From a virus: 64,000 nt of DNA. Position 1 is the stretch's first letter. Each line of letters starts with the position of its first letter. This document shows positions 23,682 to 32,196 of the stretch, one piece after another. The translations under genes were made by a program, and so were the position numbers. The stretch is taken from IMG/VR virus record IMGVR_UViG_3300027861_000001, positions 64,001-128,000 of that record, one strand, 5' to 3'. The notes below the pieces were generated by a model, which worked only from the letters and a program-made list of their open reading frames with translations, was not told the origin of the DNA and made no database searches.

Positions 23682-24030
23682 TCTTTTCACACTCACAATT
23701 AGTACAAGAGTCAGCGTCTTCACTACACCCAAACGCCAAGTCAATATAGTTGTGTGCATCAAAAATAGTGTCTTTAACAGACTCGTTCTCAGGTGTTTTA
23801 CCTTGACTTTTAAGATTGTTCCATCTATCCATCTTCAGCATCAATAAGAACATTGCGCAATCTTGAGAACTTCGACGTGGATCGATGTCTAAAGTCTTAC
23901 AAAGAACATGCATCCTCTTAAAGTTACTCAGAACATCTGTTGTCGCATAATCGTGACTCTTTCCTATTAATAATTTTTGTCTTTCCTTCTCAATATCTTT
24001 TACTAATTTCTCAAATTCCTTTCCTTCCAC
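23662..24030 (-). CDS. Nucleotide-modification-associated helical protein (DUF1599/MazG-like)
   Basis: KSHDYA..DVLSNF...KMDR...ESVKDTIFDAHNY. Confidence 0.65.
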   Translation of the reverse strand: MEGKEFEKLVKDIEKERQKLLIGKSHDYATTDVLSNFKRMHVLCKTLDIDPRRSSQDCAMFLLMLKMDRWNNLKSQGKTPENESVKDTIFDAHNYIDLAFGCSEDADSCTNCECEKNDKPQK

Positions 24031-24041
24031 TGCTAGTTCTC

Positions 24042-24380
24042 CTAATTATTTATTACTGGTACTATGTTTGGTAAAAATATGCTGCTAACTTCTAGTGTAG
24101 GATGATAATCTTTACTTATAACCACCCTAAAGGACTGAACACCACGAAGCATAGACTCACCCGCAAATAAAAGTGTATTTTCTGGAGTACCATCACTTAA
24201 AAGCGTATATTCACCAAGTAAAGCGATGTTTCCCAAACCTTCTACCAGCTCGCTATTTATAACCACAGCGATTTTATCCAAGTCTGCCCATATCTCTATC
24301 AACTTAATGTCTTTAACCTCGTTATCATCAATAAAAACTTTTGTGTTTTGATATGAACCATCACCTTTTATTATTAACAT
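24042..24380 (-). CDS. Hypothetical protein with internal duplication
   Basis: GDGSYQNTKVF / SDGTPENTLLF. Confidence 0.65.
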   Translation of the reverse strand: MLIIKGDGSYQNTKVFIDDNEVKDIKLIEIWADLDKIAVVINSELVEGLGNIALLGEYTLLSDGTPENTLLFAGESMLRGVQSFRVVISKDYHPTLEVSSIFLPNIVPVINN

Positions 24381-25315
24381 TACCTTGCCACCGAAATTAA
24401 AGTTGCAGACTTACTACCTTTTCTAACTCTATTGACAGCACCACAAGCTTCACATCTATATGTTTGATAAATATTAACTGTAGCCCTATACGGTTTAGTA
24501 AGTTCTGTCAGTTTCAAACCACCACAATTAGCACAAACTTTCTCATCCGTGTCTAGGTACATTCCCATATTAGGGTGACTCTTAACCCAAGGACGTAATT
24601 TTATGTATACTTCCTCTAGTAGTTGAACATCTTGCCTATTATATACAACCATATTATCAAGAGACTCTTGGTCACCATTCATACATCCAGACCACAGCGC
24701 AAAAGAAGTTTTTATCTTGCTGTCACCAACAAGTTGAAACCCTAACCAATCTAGTTTGCGACTCGTAAAGTACATTTTTTTAGTCACTTTTAGTGTGTCT
24801 ATGCTCTGGTACGGTGATGGAGGTAGCATATCGTACATCATGAACCTTCCGTTCACCCAAGGTAAATCAAAGTTATCTCCATTGTGTGATATTATAATAT
24901 CTGCCTCGTCAATCAGCTCCCACAATGCTTTCACAACTTGTTTGTCGTTACCAGCTTTAGCATCCTTTGGTGATATACAAGCACTCATTACTGTGTCACT
25001 GAACAACCACTTCGCAGACCAACATATAATGTACGCCGGTCTAACAATTTGGTCAATACTAATGTTCTGTTTAAACAACCCCCAAGAATAAACTACGTTC
25101 GGGGCTGTCTCTATGTCAAATACCAGAATTTTAGCTTCTTTTTTCTCTGTTAAGGTCGTCATCAACCTAGTTATTTTGTTGTGAACAGCGTCCCTAGAGA
25201 AATTTTCCGAAAATTCGTTAGTCATCATTTCAGCAATTTTTGATTCGCTGAAACGTTGCTCATCAGCATGTAGGCTAACAAGCTTACTTACTTTTGGTTG
25301 TGTCCAATCAATCAT
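24380..25315 (-). CDS. RNase H-fold (DnaQ/YprB-like) exonuclease with HTH and Zn ribbon
   Basis: FDIET, HNGDNFD, YNRQDV, CANCG...CEACG. Confidence 0.85.
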   Translation of the reverse strand: MIDWTQPKVSKLVSLHADEQRFSESKIAEMMTNEFSENFSRDAVHNKITRLMTTLTEKKEAKILVFDIETAPNVVYSWGLFKQNISIDQIVRPAYIICWSAKWLFSDTVMSACISPKDAKAGNDKQVVKALWELIDEADIIISHNGDNFDLPWVNGRFMMYDMLPPSPYQSIDTLKVTKKMYFTSRKLDWLGFQLVGDSKIKTSFALWSGCMNGDQESLDNMVVYNRQDVQLLEEVYIKLRPWVKSHPNMGMYLDTDEKVCANCGGLKLTELTKPYRATVNIYQTYRCEACGAVNRVRKGSKSATLISVAR

Positions 25316-25324
25316 GTTTTCTCC

Positions 25325-25963
25325 TTACAACTCTCTTGCCCAATCCCAAGCATATTCGTATAAATGTAATCCTTTACTAGTTGCTATCAGTTCACCATCA
25401 TCAACACCTATAGCTTTTGCCATAGACTCTTTTAGCAACTGTAATCCACCTAGGTTCACAGGGAATCCTCCCCACAAATCCCATGAACGAAAATAAACAA
25501 AAAAGTTCAACTTACCTTCTTTTATTCTTGTATCAACAACACGCAGACATGGTGGATGTTCTTGATAAATAGAACCAACATCACCAATGTTCATCGTAAG
25601 TTGATTACACTCATGCCCGTCTCTGTCATACCTTAACAACACTTCAGTAAGTTGAGGAACCAAGTATTGCCCATAAGTATAAATCTCATTTGCTTCTAAG
25701 CAATTCCTAAGAAGCTCTTCACTGTGGTAATGTTCAATTTCCTTATCAGTGCAAGGGCTTGGAATTCCGTCTGGAATATCTGGTGCTAATGGTTTTGTAG
25801 ATGGTTGTTTAATTTGAACAGTTACAAAATCAAATTCCAATCTTCTTGTCCCTTCAAAACTCCCCTTATCAATAGTGTATATATTTCCTTTCTTTAAAAT
25901 CTCTCTGTTGCACAGAAAGAACGCTTCCGACAAGTCTCTTGCTTCAATTGTTGTTATGTTCAC
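25325..25963 (-). CDS. thyA: Thymidylate synthase (short type)
   Basis: YTYG, PPCL, FRSWDL...N, SKGLHLY. Confidence 0.88.
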   Translation of the reverse strand: MNITTIEARDLSEAFFLCNREILKKGNIYTIDKGSFEGTRRLEFDFVTVQIKQPSTKPLAPDIPDGIPSPCTDKEIEHYHSEELLRNCLEANEIYTYGQYLVPQLTEVLLRYDRDGHECNQLTMNIGDVGSIYQEHPPCLRVVDTRIKEGKLNFFVYFRSWDLWGGFPVNLGGLQLLKESMAKAIGVDDGELIATSKGLHLYEYAWDWAREL

Positions 25964-26469
25964 TACTTATTCTTTCCTTTTTTAAGTCTATCATTTTCTG
26001 CTTGTAAAGCAAAAATTTGATCTTTTAGCTCCTTGTTTTCCATAGCTACTTGTGTAGCGTTTGAAATAAGACCATCTACTCTTTTGTAATCTATATACAA
26101 ATCATTTACTTCTTCTAATAGTGTAGACATTACCTCGAACGGGATTATAAGGTACTTTTCGTTGGTAAACTTAAGTTTCATTGCCCAAAACGGAAGAAAC
26201 TCCATTTGTTTAGATTGCTCTTTGTGCTTATCGAACCATTCTCTTTTTAAGGTCATTGATTTGGCTCTTGCGTCTGGTCTAGAGTAACCGTGTTTACACT
26301 CACCAACCATTAATTTTGATAACCACGGAAAGTCCCATCTACAATCTCCAGCCAACCTAGTTATCCCCTCAGTAGTACCATAAGCTCCTGACCTAGGAAC
26401 TCTCTTTCCATAACTACCAGCTAAATCAGCTGTTTCTCTTTCGAACTCTTGTCCTTTTTTGGTTGCCAT
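25963..26469 (-). CDS. Hjc-like Holliday-junction resolvase
   Basis: KGQEFERE...SGA...GD...ECK. Confidence 0.75.
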   Translation of the reverse strand: MATKKGQEFERETADLAGSYGKRVPRSGAYGTTEGITRLAGDCRWDFPWLSKLMVGECKHGYSRPDARAKSMTLKREWFDKHKEQSKQMEFLPFWAMKLKFTNEKYLIIPFEVMSTLLEEVNDLYIDYKRVDGLISNATQVAMENKELKDQIFALQAENDRLKKGKNK

Positions 26470-26483
26470 AAACTCCTCACTTA

Positions 26484-28001
26484 CTAAGTCGCACTACTGA
26501 ATCCACCATTATGCTTTTTAATCCCTTCCACTGTGTTCTTCTCAACATTTTCATACTCATCAGTAGCTTCGTCTAAAAAGTCTTCTACATCTTCCTCTGG
26601 AGGATCAGTCTCAGAAAATTTCAAACAAACTTCATCAAAATTAAGCTCCACTTTGTCTGTTGTCTTACCACCTCTGTTCTTGGCAATTGAGTACCACCCA
26701 ATATTTCTTTCTCTTAATTTTGTAGTACTGTTTCTGTGAAGTAGAACAACAGCATCAGCTTTGTTTTCAATGTCTCCGCTCTCTTTTAGATCATGTAATT
26801 CCGGTTCAGCACTTTCTGTTCTTCTTAACTGGCTAACTACAATGAAAGCAATGTTATTAGCTTTAGCAAAAGAAAAGAACTTGTTGACTATATCTGTTAT
26901 AGCTTTTCTTGTGTCCCCAAAATATTTCAAAGTTTGAAGATAATCAACCACGACAACATCAACAGGGTGATTTAACATGTGTCGTTTAACACTGTTAACT
27001 ATAAAATTACACGTCTGGTCACCCCTATCTTCTATCCATAAACCATCTGGTACTTCACTTATGAACATTTGTTGTGTATTAGCAATCTTCTTCAGTTCAT
27101 GGTTAGTAACAAGTGCTTTTTTCCAATCGTCTATTGATACACCCGCCTCAGCGCAAACTAGACGGTCAATGTACTGACCTTTTGTCATTTCTGGAGTAAA
27201 AACAAGAACTTTATCACCGTTTAAAATAAAATTAGTTACCATATTAGAAACCATAATTGACTTGCCTATATTAGTCTTAGCACCTAGTACCGTCAATTTC
27301 TGTTTACAAATCGCATCGTTCTTATCCAACCAGTAAAATCCTGACTTAACACCTTTATATTTAATTGGGTTTTCCTTCCTGTCCTTAAATCTATCATAAG
27401 CATCTGCCAATAAGGTATCTAACCTAACCAACCCATGAGTACTTAAAGTATTATCTAAAAGAACATTCTGCATCTGTGAAACTACCTCAATCAATTTAGT
27501 TTCATCAAAGCGTTTAGTTGTTTGTATTTTACTCGCTGCGTCTTTAAACTTGTTTAGTCTGTATCGTTCGAAAACTAATTTTACATACTCTTCCGTAATT
27601 TGTAGGCTAATGATACCTTCTGCTGCATGGAGTAGCTTCATTATGGTAGCTGGACCTCCAATATAATCAATAACCTGTGTACCATCTGGCATTGGGTCTT
27701 GCTTCTCAATCTCGTCTACTACTAACTCGTAAGTACAAACCCTTCTGGTCATACGAACGTTAGTTAAAATAGGAAAAATGATTCGATTTCTTTTCAGCGA
27801 AAAGTGTTCCTCAGTAAGTCCACTCTTTACTATTAAAGAAGCACAATCATCGTCCTGCATAAATATGCCAAGAACTGCATTCTCTGCGTCTTGATAAGAT
27901 ACAGAAACAACTTCTTCGTCTTCGTTTTCTATAGAAACAATGTCAGCTTGCGGTTCTGGATTATTAGCAAAGTCACTAAAACTACTACCTTCTCTTTCCA
28001 T
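26484..28001 (-). CDS. dnaB: Replicative DNA helicase
   Basis: AKTNIGKS, EM, VVDYLQ, SQLRR, DLKESGDIENKAD, KNRGG. Confidence 0.93.
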   Translation of the reverse strand: MEREGSSFSDFANNPEPQADIVSIENEDEEVVSVSYQDAENAVLGIFMQDDDCASLIVKSGLTEEHFSLKRNRIIFPILTNVRMTRRVCTYELVVDEIEKQDPMPDGTQVIDYIGGPATIMKLLHAAEGIISLQITEEYVKLVFERYRLNKFKDAASKIQTTKRFDETKLIEVVSQMQNVLLDNTLSTHGLVRLDTLLADAYDRFKDRKENPIKYKGVKSGFYWLDKNDAICKQKLTVLGAKTNIGKSIMVSNMVTNFILNGDKVLVFTPEMTKGQYIDRLVCAEAGVSIDDWKKALVTNHELKKIANTQQMFISEVPDGLWIEDRGDQTCNFIVNSVKRHMLNHPVDVVVVDYLQTLKYFGDTRKAITDIVNKFFSFAKANNIAFIVVSQLRRTESAEPELHDLKESGDIENKADAVVLLHRNSTTKLRERNIGWYSIAKNRGGKTTDKVELNFDEVCLKFSETDPPEEDVEDFLDEATDEYENVEKNTVEGIKKHNGGFSSAT

Positions 28002-30021
28002 AAATTCTCTTATCCTCTATCCTTAAATAATCCTCTACGTTTAAGGCTCCTTTTACCGCAATTTCAAACTTTCGAAGACCTTCTACCTCAAGAAAAGTAT
28101 CAAGGTCTGTTTTATCAGCACCACGTAAAGGTAGAAAAGCAACTTTCAAGTTCTTTATTACCTCACCTATAGAACGAGCCATAATAAATCCTGGCTTTCT
28201 TTTACCTGGTGATGCTTCATTGTCTGGAATTAAAATTACCTCTTTACCTTTTAACTCTTCTACCCATCGATCATCCCATCTACCAATACCTGCGGTAGCA
28301 ACACATGGAAATCCGTTCTGAACAGCTGCCATAGCTTTGAACTCACCCTCAGTTATAAGAACTGTGCTGCTATTTTTTATAACGTCATGGTTGAACAAAA
28401 AATTAGCTCCTCTAGCAGAGTAGTTGCCAGACAAGCTTAAGTACTTTGGTGTATTCGTTTTGTAAGAAAAAAGTGTCTCCAACATTCTACCTCTTATATC
28501 AGTAACTTCATCACCTACTATATAAGGAATAGTTACACGATTAGAGAGTAGTGGATACTGTTGAGAAATAACACCCGCATCACTGGCAATCGAATTAGCA
28601 TACTCACTATAATAATCTGCTGAACAGAAACCAATCCTAAAGTCATTTAAGGTTTTTTCCTTAAATCCTCTAGCTTTTAAGTACTCCAAAGCAACAGGTA
28701 AGTTACTGTGGAACTTATCTGTTAACTCTTTATAAAACTCTCTTATTTTTGGTACGTCAAGAACCTTCTGTTCAACTTCTTTTACTACATAACCTTCTTC
28801 TGGTATTATTCTCCCCTTACCGTTATAACAATGCCAACAGTTGTGTACAAGTACACCATTAACCGTATATTTATGTGAGTCCTCAATAGCCAAGTCATAG
28901 AAGTAGTCTTCACAATCTTCTAAAACTACAGTATCTACTTTTATACCATTAAACCAAGTATTTAAGCGTCTTGATATGCTGTAAGTGCTATTATTACTAC
29001 ACGCATCAGAAATCCAATTAATATATGTAGGTTTTTTTGTGTCTTTATAATAATTTTTAGCAAGATAACCCGAACAACTGTACCCACAATATGAAGCTAT
29101 TTCCTTTACTTGCATACACAATATTTCTGATGTTTGCCCTAGTCTATTGGATTTAACGCTATCGTTAGACGTATTATAACCGTCACCATCAAGAATACCT
29201 TTTAACAATATTTTAGCTCTATTTATAGGTAATGTCATTAATCCTAGTGGTATTTTTTTATTAGTACAACCATACCCAAACATTGAACCAAACAAGTAGG
29301 ACAAATAAACACTACTTATAGTTACTTTAGTGCAAGTTTTAGTTTTACTCATATATCTCCTAGGAGAAAAACCTTTTCTTGAAAAATAGTCTTCTACAAA
29401 TTTTATATAATCCTTTTCATTAGAGTTAAAAGCAAAACTTATTTGCCCGTAAGACGCACTACCTTCAGCAATATACAACCCTGACACTCTTAAGAACTCG
29501 TCGTCAGTATCAACTACAAAATATTTTACTATGTCACCAAAATATTTACTCAATAATGAAGCATCTACCACGATTTCTCTACGATCTTGTAAGTCATTTA
29601 TAACTGGATATACGAGTATGTCACCTTTTTTTAACTCTTCCGCACATTTTTCTTTTATATCAGTACCGTCTTGAACATACAGTATATGATCAGGAGTACA
29701 TATTATCGGTCTAGTCAATTGTTTAGAAATTATGGTAGCTTTTTTGTATACTTTATTCTTGAATGTTTTTACTACCTTATTAAACTTACCAAATTCGGAC
29801 AAAACCATGTCACCTTCGAGTACAGTATCTATGGTTTTATATCCTTCTCTAGTAAGTATCAAACTTGATTTATCAAAGCAACGCCAAACTAGTTTTTCTG
29901 TGTTGAAGTTAGCATCAGAACAACCGCAACAAGGACAAACACCTAAAAATTCTCCTCTATGCCGTTGCTTAATGACAAGGTCATCTACCATGCTCATTCG
30001 TACGTTCACGTGCCCTTCCAT
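27985..30021 (-). CDS. dnaG: DNA primase (Zn-binding + TOPRIM) interrupted by an intein
   Basis: CPCC...WR|CWHC Zn finger; EYLKARG; PKYL; ITEGEFKA; PDN. Confidence 0.9.
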   Translation of the reverse strand: MEGHVNVRMSMVDDLVIKQRHRGEFLGVCPCCGCSDANFNTEKLVWRCFDKSSLILTREGYKTIDTVLEGDMVLSEFGKFNKVVKTFKNKVYKKATIISKQLTRPIICTPDHILYVQDGTDIKEKCAEELKKGDILVYPVINDLQDRREIVVDASLLSKYFGDIVKYFVVDTDDEFLRVSGLYIAEGSASYGQISFAFNSNEKDYIKFVEDYFSRKGFSPRRYMSKTKTCTKVTISSVYLSYLFGSMFGYGCTNKKIPLGLMTLPINRAKILLKGILDGDGYNTSNDSVKSNRLGQTSEILCMQVKEIASYCGYSCSGYLAKNYYKDTKKPTYINWISDACSNNSTYSISRRLNTWFNGIKVDTVVLEDCEDYFYDLAIEDSHKYTVNGVLVHNCWHCYNGKGRIIPEEGYVVKEVEQKVLDVPKIREFYKELTDKFHSNLPVALEYLKARGFKEKTLNDFRIGFCSADYYSEYANSIASDAGVISQQYPLLSNRVTIPYIVGDEVTDIRGRMLETLFSYKTNTPKYLSLSGNYSARGANFLFNHDVIKNSSTVLITEGEFKAMAAVQNGFPCVATAGIGRWDDRWVEELKGKEVILIPDNEASPGKRKPGFIMARSIGEVIKNLKVAFLPLRGADKTDLDTFLEVEGLRKFEIAVKGALNVEDYLRIEDKRIYGKRR
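28840..29880 (-). mobile_element. Intein with LAGLIDADG homing endonuclease
   Basis: Begins CFDKSSLILT, block B TPDH, GLYIAEG and KGILDGDG, ends VHN before Cys. Confidence 0.92.
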
Positions 30022-30523
30022 TCCTTTCCTCTTTTATCTTTCTCTGCTTTTGACATGTAGTGCATATTCCTGTCTTGTTTGTTTTCCTTATTTTCTCACC
30101 ACATATAGAACAAGCAGAACTTTTAAAGTTATATGGTCTAAGACTTTCAACCAACTCTAGCGAAGCAGGTTTTCCTCTTTTTTGCTTAGGTTCTGTATGA
30201 TAAGTTCTTTGTTGAATTTGGGCTAATACACGATTCTTTAGGTTCTTTAAAAAGATACTCTTTAGCGCAAACTTATTAAACCTATTACGTTCTGGAATAG
30301 CCCACAAGTCCAACAAAGCCTCAAAAACATCCATAGTGCTTGTAGCTTTCATAGCATCTCGTATTTCTTTGTCAGTGAAATACACATCTACCATCTCGAT
30401 GAAACATTGCTGCCATCGCTTAACAAACTCTTGTTTAACTGGAGCTTTTAGAGAACTCCAATCATCGCTTTCTTTTAACCTAGACCACCACCAAAGTAAT
30501 CTTTGATCACTCCTAGCGTTCAC
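29981..30523 (-). CDS. Hypothetical replication-module protein with C-terminal Zn finger
   Basis: CSICG...CTTC. Confidence 0.7.
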   Translation of the reverse strand: MNARSDQRLLWWWSRLKESDDWSSLKAPVKQEFVKRWQQCFIEMVDVYFTDKEIRDAMKATSTMDVFEALLDLWAIPERNRFNKFALKSIFLKNLKNRVLAQIQQRTYHTEPKQKRGKPASLELVESLRPYNFKSSACSICGEKIRKTNKTGICTTCQKQRKIKEERNGRARERTNEHGR

Positions 30524-31272
30524 TACTCATCCTTTTTGCCAACAACGTTGTAAAAAGTTTCACCATCAAGAATTCTTTTAGTATCTGCTGGTGCCAGTGG
30601 AGTAGTAACTTCTTTTACATCGTACAGTTGTTCTTTCCAATTGTCACCCAAAATATCAGCAACGCTTTCGCTGCTAGGTTTAGGAATACAAGTGGTTACT
30701 GAGTCCTTACCTGTACCACGTGTATCAAATTTAACATCGTAGCCGCTTAAGTCACCTAAGTCGTCATCTTGCTCAAAAGTTGCCAACTGCTTTATAACAG
30801 TTATCCCTTTCTGCATAATTTGAACTTTATCTTTTGGTGCACTAACCACGCTAGTTAAGTCTGCCCCACAAGTAGGACAATCTTCTACCCACGTATCATT
30901 CTCATAATACGCTACGTAACCACAATCCTCTGTTGGGCAAGCTTTAACTGGTGTTCTATCTATCACATTAAACGAATACACCGGTCTCACTTTCAGTAAT
31001 CCTGAATCATCTGTCGGTAAACTTTTGTTCCAAGCGCACACTGGACATGTATTCTGTCCTGAACACATAACACCTATACCATTACCATTATTTGCATTCG
31101 GAAATCCTTTATGTCCTTTAGGTACAAAGTGTTGCCAACTCTTTGTTGGTGCATCATCAACTACCCGCAATACTGTTTGATGCTGTGAGGTAATCCTTAC
31201 ATAGTCAGACCCAAAAGTTACTTTTGGTTTAGGTTTTGATTCCTCTGTTACTGTGTCATTAAAACTTGTCAT
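30523..31272 (-). CDS. ssDNA-binding protein, gp32-like (putative)
   Basis: WQHF...C...CPVC...FNVIDR...GYDVKF.TRGTGK; position beside primase/helicase. Confidence 0.65.
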   Translation of the reverse strand: MTSFNDTVTEESKPKPKVTFGSDYVRITSQHQTVLRVVDDAPTKSWQHFVPKGHKGFPNANNGNGIGVMCSGQNTCPVCAWNKSLPTDDSGLLKVRPVYSFNVIDRTPVKACPTEDCGYVAYYENDTWVEDCPTCGADLTSVVSAPKDKVQIMQKGITVIKQLATFEQDDDLGDLSGYDVKFDTRGTGKDSVTTCIPKPSSESVADILGDNWKEQLYDVKEVTTPLAPADTKRILDGETFYNVVGKKDE

Positions 31273-31290
31273 TTCCTCTCCTTCGCTTTC

Positions 31291-31665
31291 CTATTCTTTA
31301 TTTTGTGCTTCAGTTAAAATAATGCTTTCAGCATCCCTAATTCTACTTAGGAATTCAATCATAGTTTCAGGTAATCCAATTAAGCAATCATAACATCTTC
31401 GAACATGAGCCATTTGCTCTTTGTCAAGAATTATAAATCCAGACTTTTCATCTCTAACTGCGTCTGCAATATCTTTTGCTTTGAACATTTCTTCAGGTTT
31501 AAGTTTTAAATCTGGATGAAAACAGATAGTAGCTAAATTCTCTTGTACACTAACTGTCGTCATACCATCACCTGGTTGCCCTAGTCTATTTTCAACTCTG
31601 TACTCTCTAATGTCAATCTTAAACCCAGTCAATCCAATTTTGTCAACTCCGTCTTTCTTTTCCAT
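31291..31665 (-). CDS. Hypothetical protein
   Basis: 124-aa ORF, GGGAG RBS. Confidence 0.7.
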   Translation of the reverse strand: MEKKDGVDKIGLTGFKIDIREYRVENRLGQPGDGMTTVSVQENLATICFHPDLKLKPEEMFKAKDIADAVRDEKSGFIILDKEQMAHVRRCYDCLIGLPETMIEFLSRIRDAESIILTEAQNKE

Positions 31666-31803
31666 ATATTATCTCTCCCTTTCCTATTCATTAACTCTTT
31701 GTCTAAATTAGTTAATATTTGCTTTGGCATTTATTGCTATTTGTCACACTTGTCTTTTCTATTTCATACTGAACCTTTCCCCTTATTTTTAATCTATACT
31801 TAT

Positions 31804-31833
31804 ATTATACCACACCCACCCAACGGTTGTCAA
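31804..31833 (-). promoter_or_regulatory. Sigma70-type promoter for the replication module
   Basis: TTGACA-18nt-TATAAT with extended TG. Confidence 0.78.
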
Positions 31834-31869
31834 GCCTTTCACCCAACTTCCATATTTTCTACCATACTA

Positions 31870-31898
31870 ATGATATCATATGCCTAGAAATTTGTCAA
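31870..31898 (-). promoter_or_regulatory. Sigma70-type promoter (tandem with 31804-31833)
   Basis: TTGACA-17nt(AATTTCTAGGCATATGA)-TATCAT. Confidence 0.75.
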
Positions 31899-31926
31899 GC
31901 CTTTTGACTAGTATTTCGTAGCTTCA

Positions 31927-32181
31927 TTACTCTTTATGTTTTATTGGTTTTGGAATATCTTCCTTCTTGTCAGTCTCCCAATCGTACTTCGCTTTCGGAA
32001 AGGTAACTTTACCTAAATAGGTTGTACCGTCATCGTCGTATGAATCTTTCCTCTCCTCAAGCGTAACCTCAGCTTGAAACCCAGCAGCTTTGTACCCTGC
32101 TGCAATAGCCTCAAGTGCATCAAACGCCTCCGCCTCATCCTCAATCCCAGTCTTGAAATTTGCTACTTTTAATATAAACAT
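31927..32181 (-). CDS. Small protein after the tail fibre (possible fibre chaperone)
   Basis: AGGAGG RBS; position. Confidence 0.65.
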   Translation of the reverse strand: MFILKVANFKTGIEDEAEAFDALEAIAAGYKAAGFQAEVTLEERKDSYDDDGTTYLGKVTFPKAKYDWETDKKEDIPKPIKHKE

Positions 32182-32196
32182 GACTTCCTCCTATGT

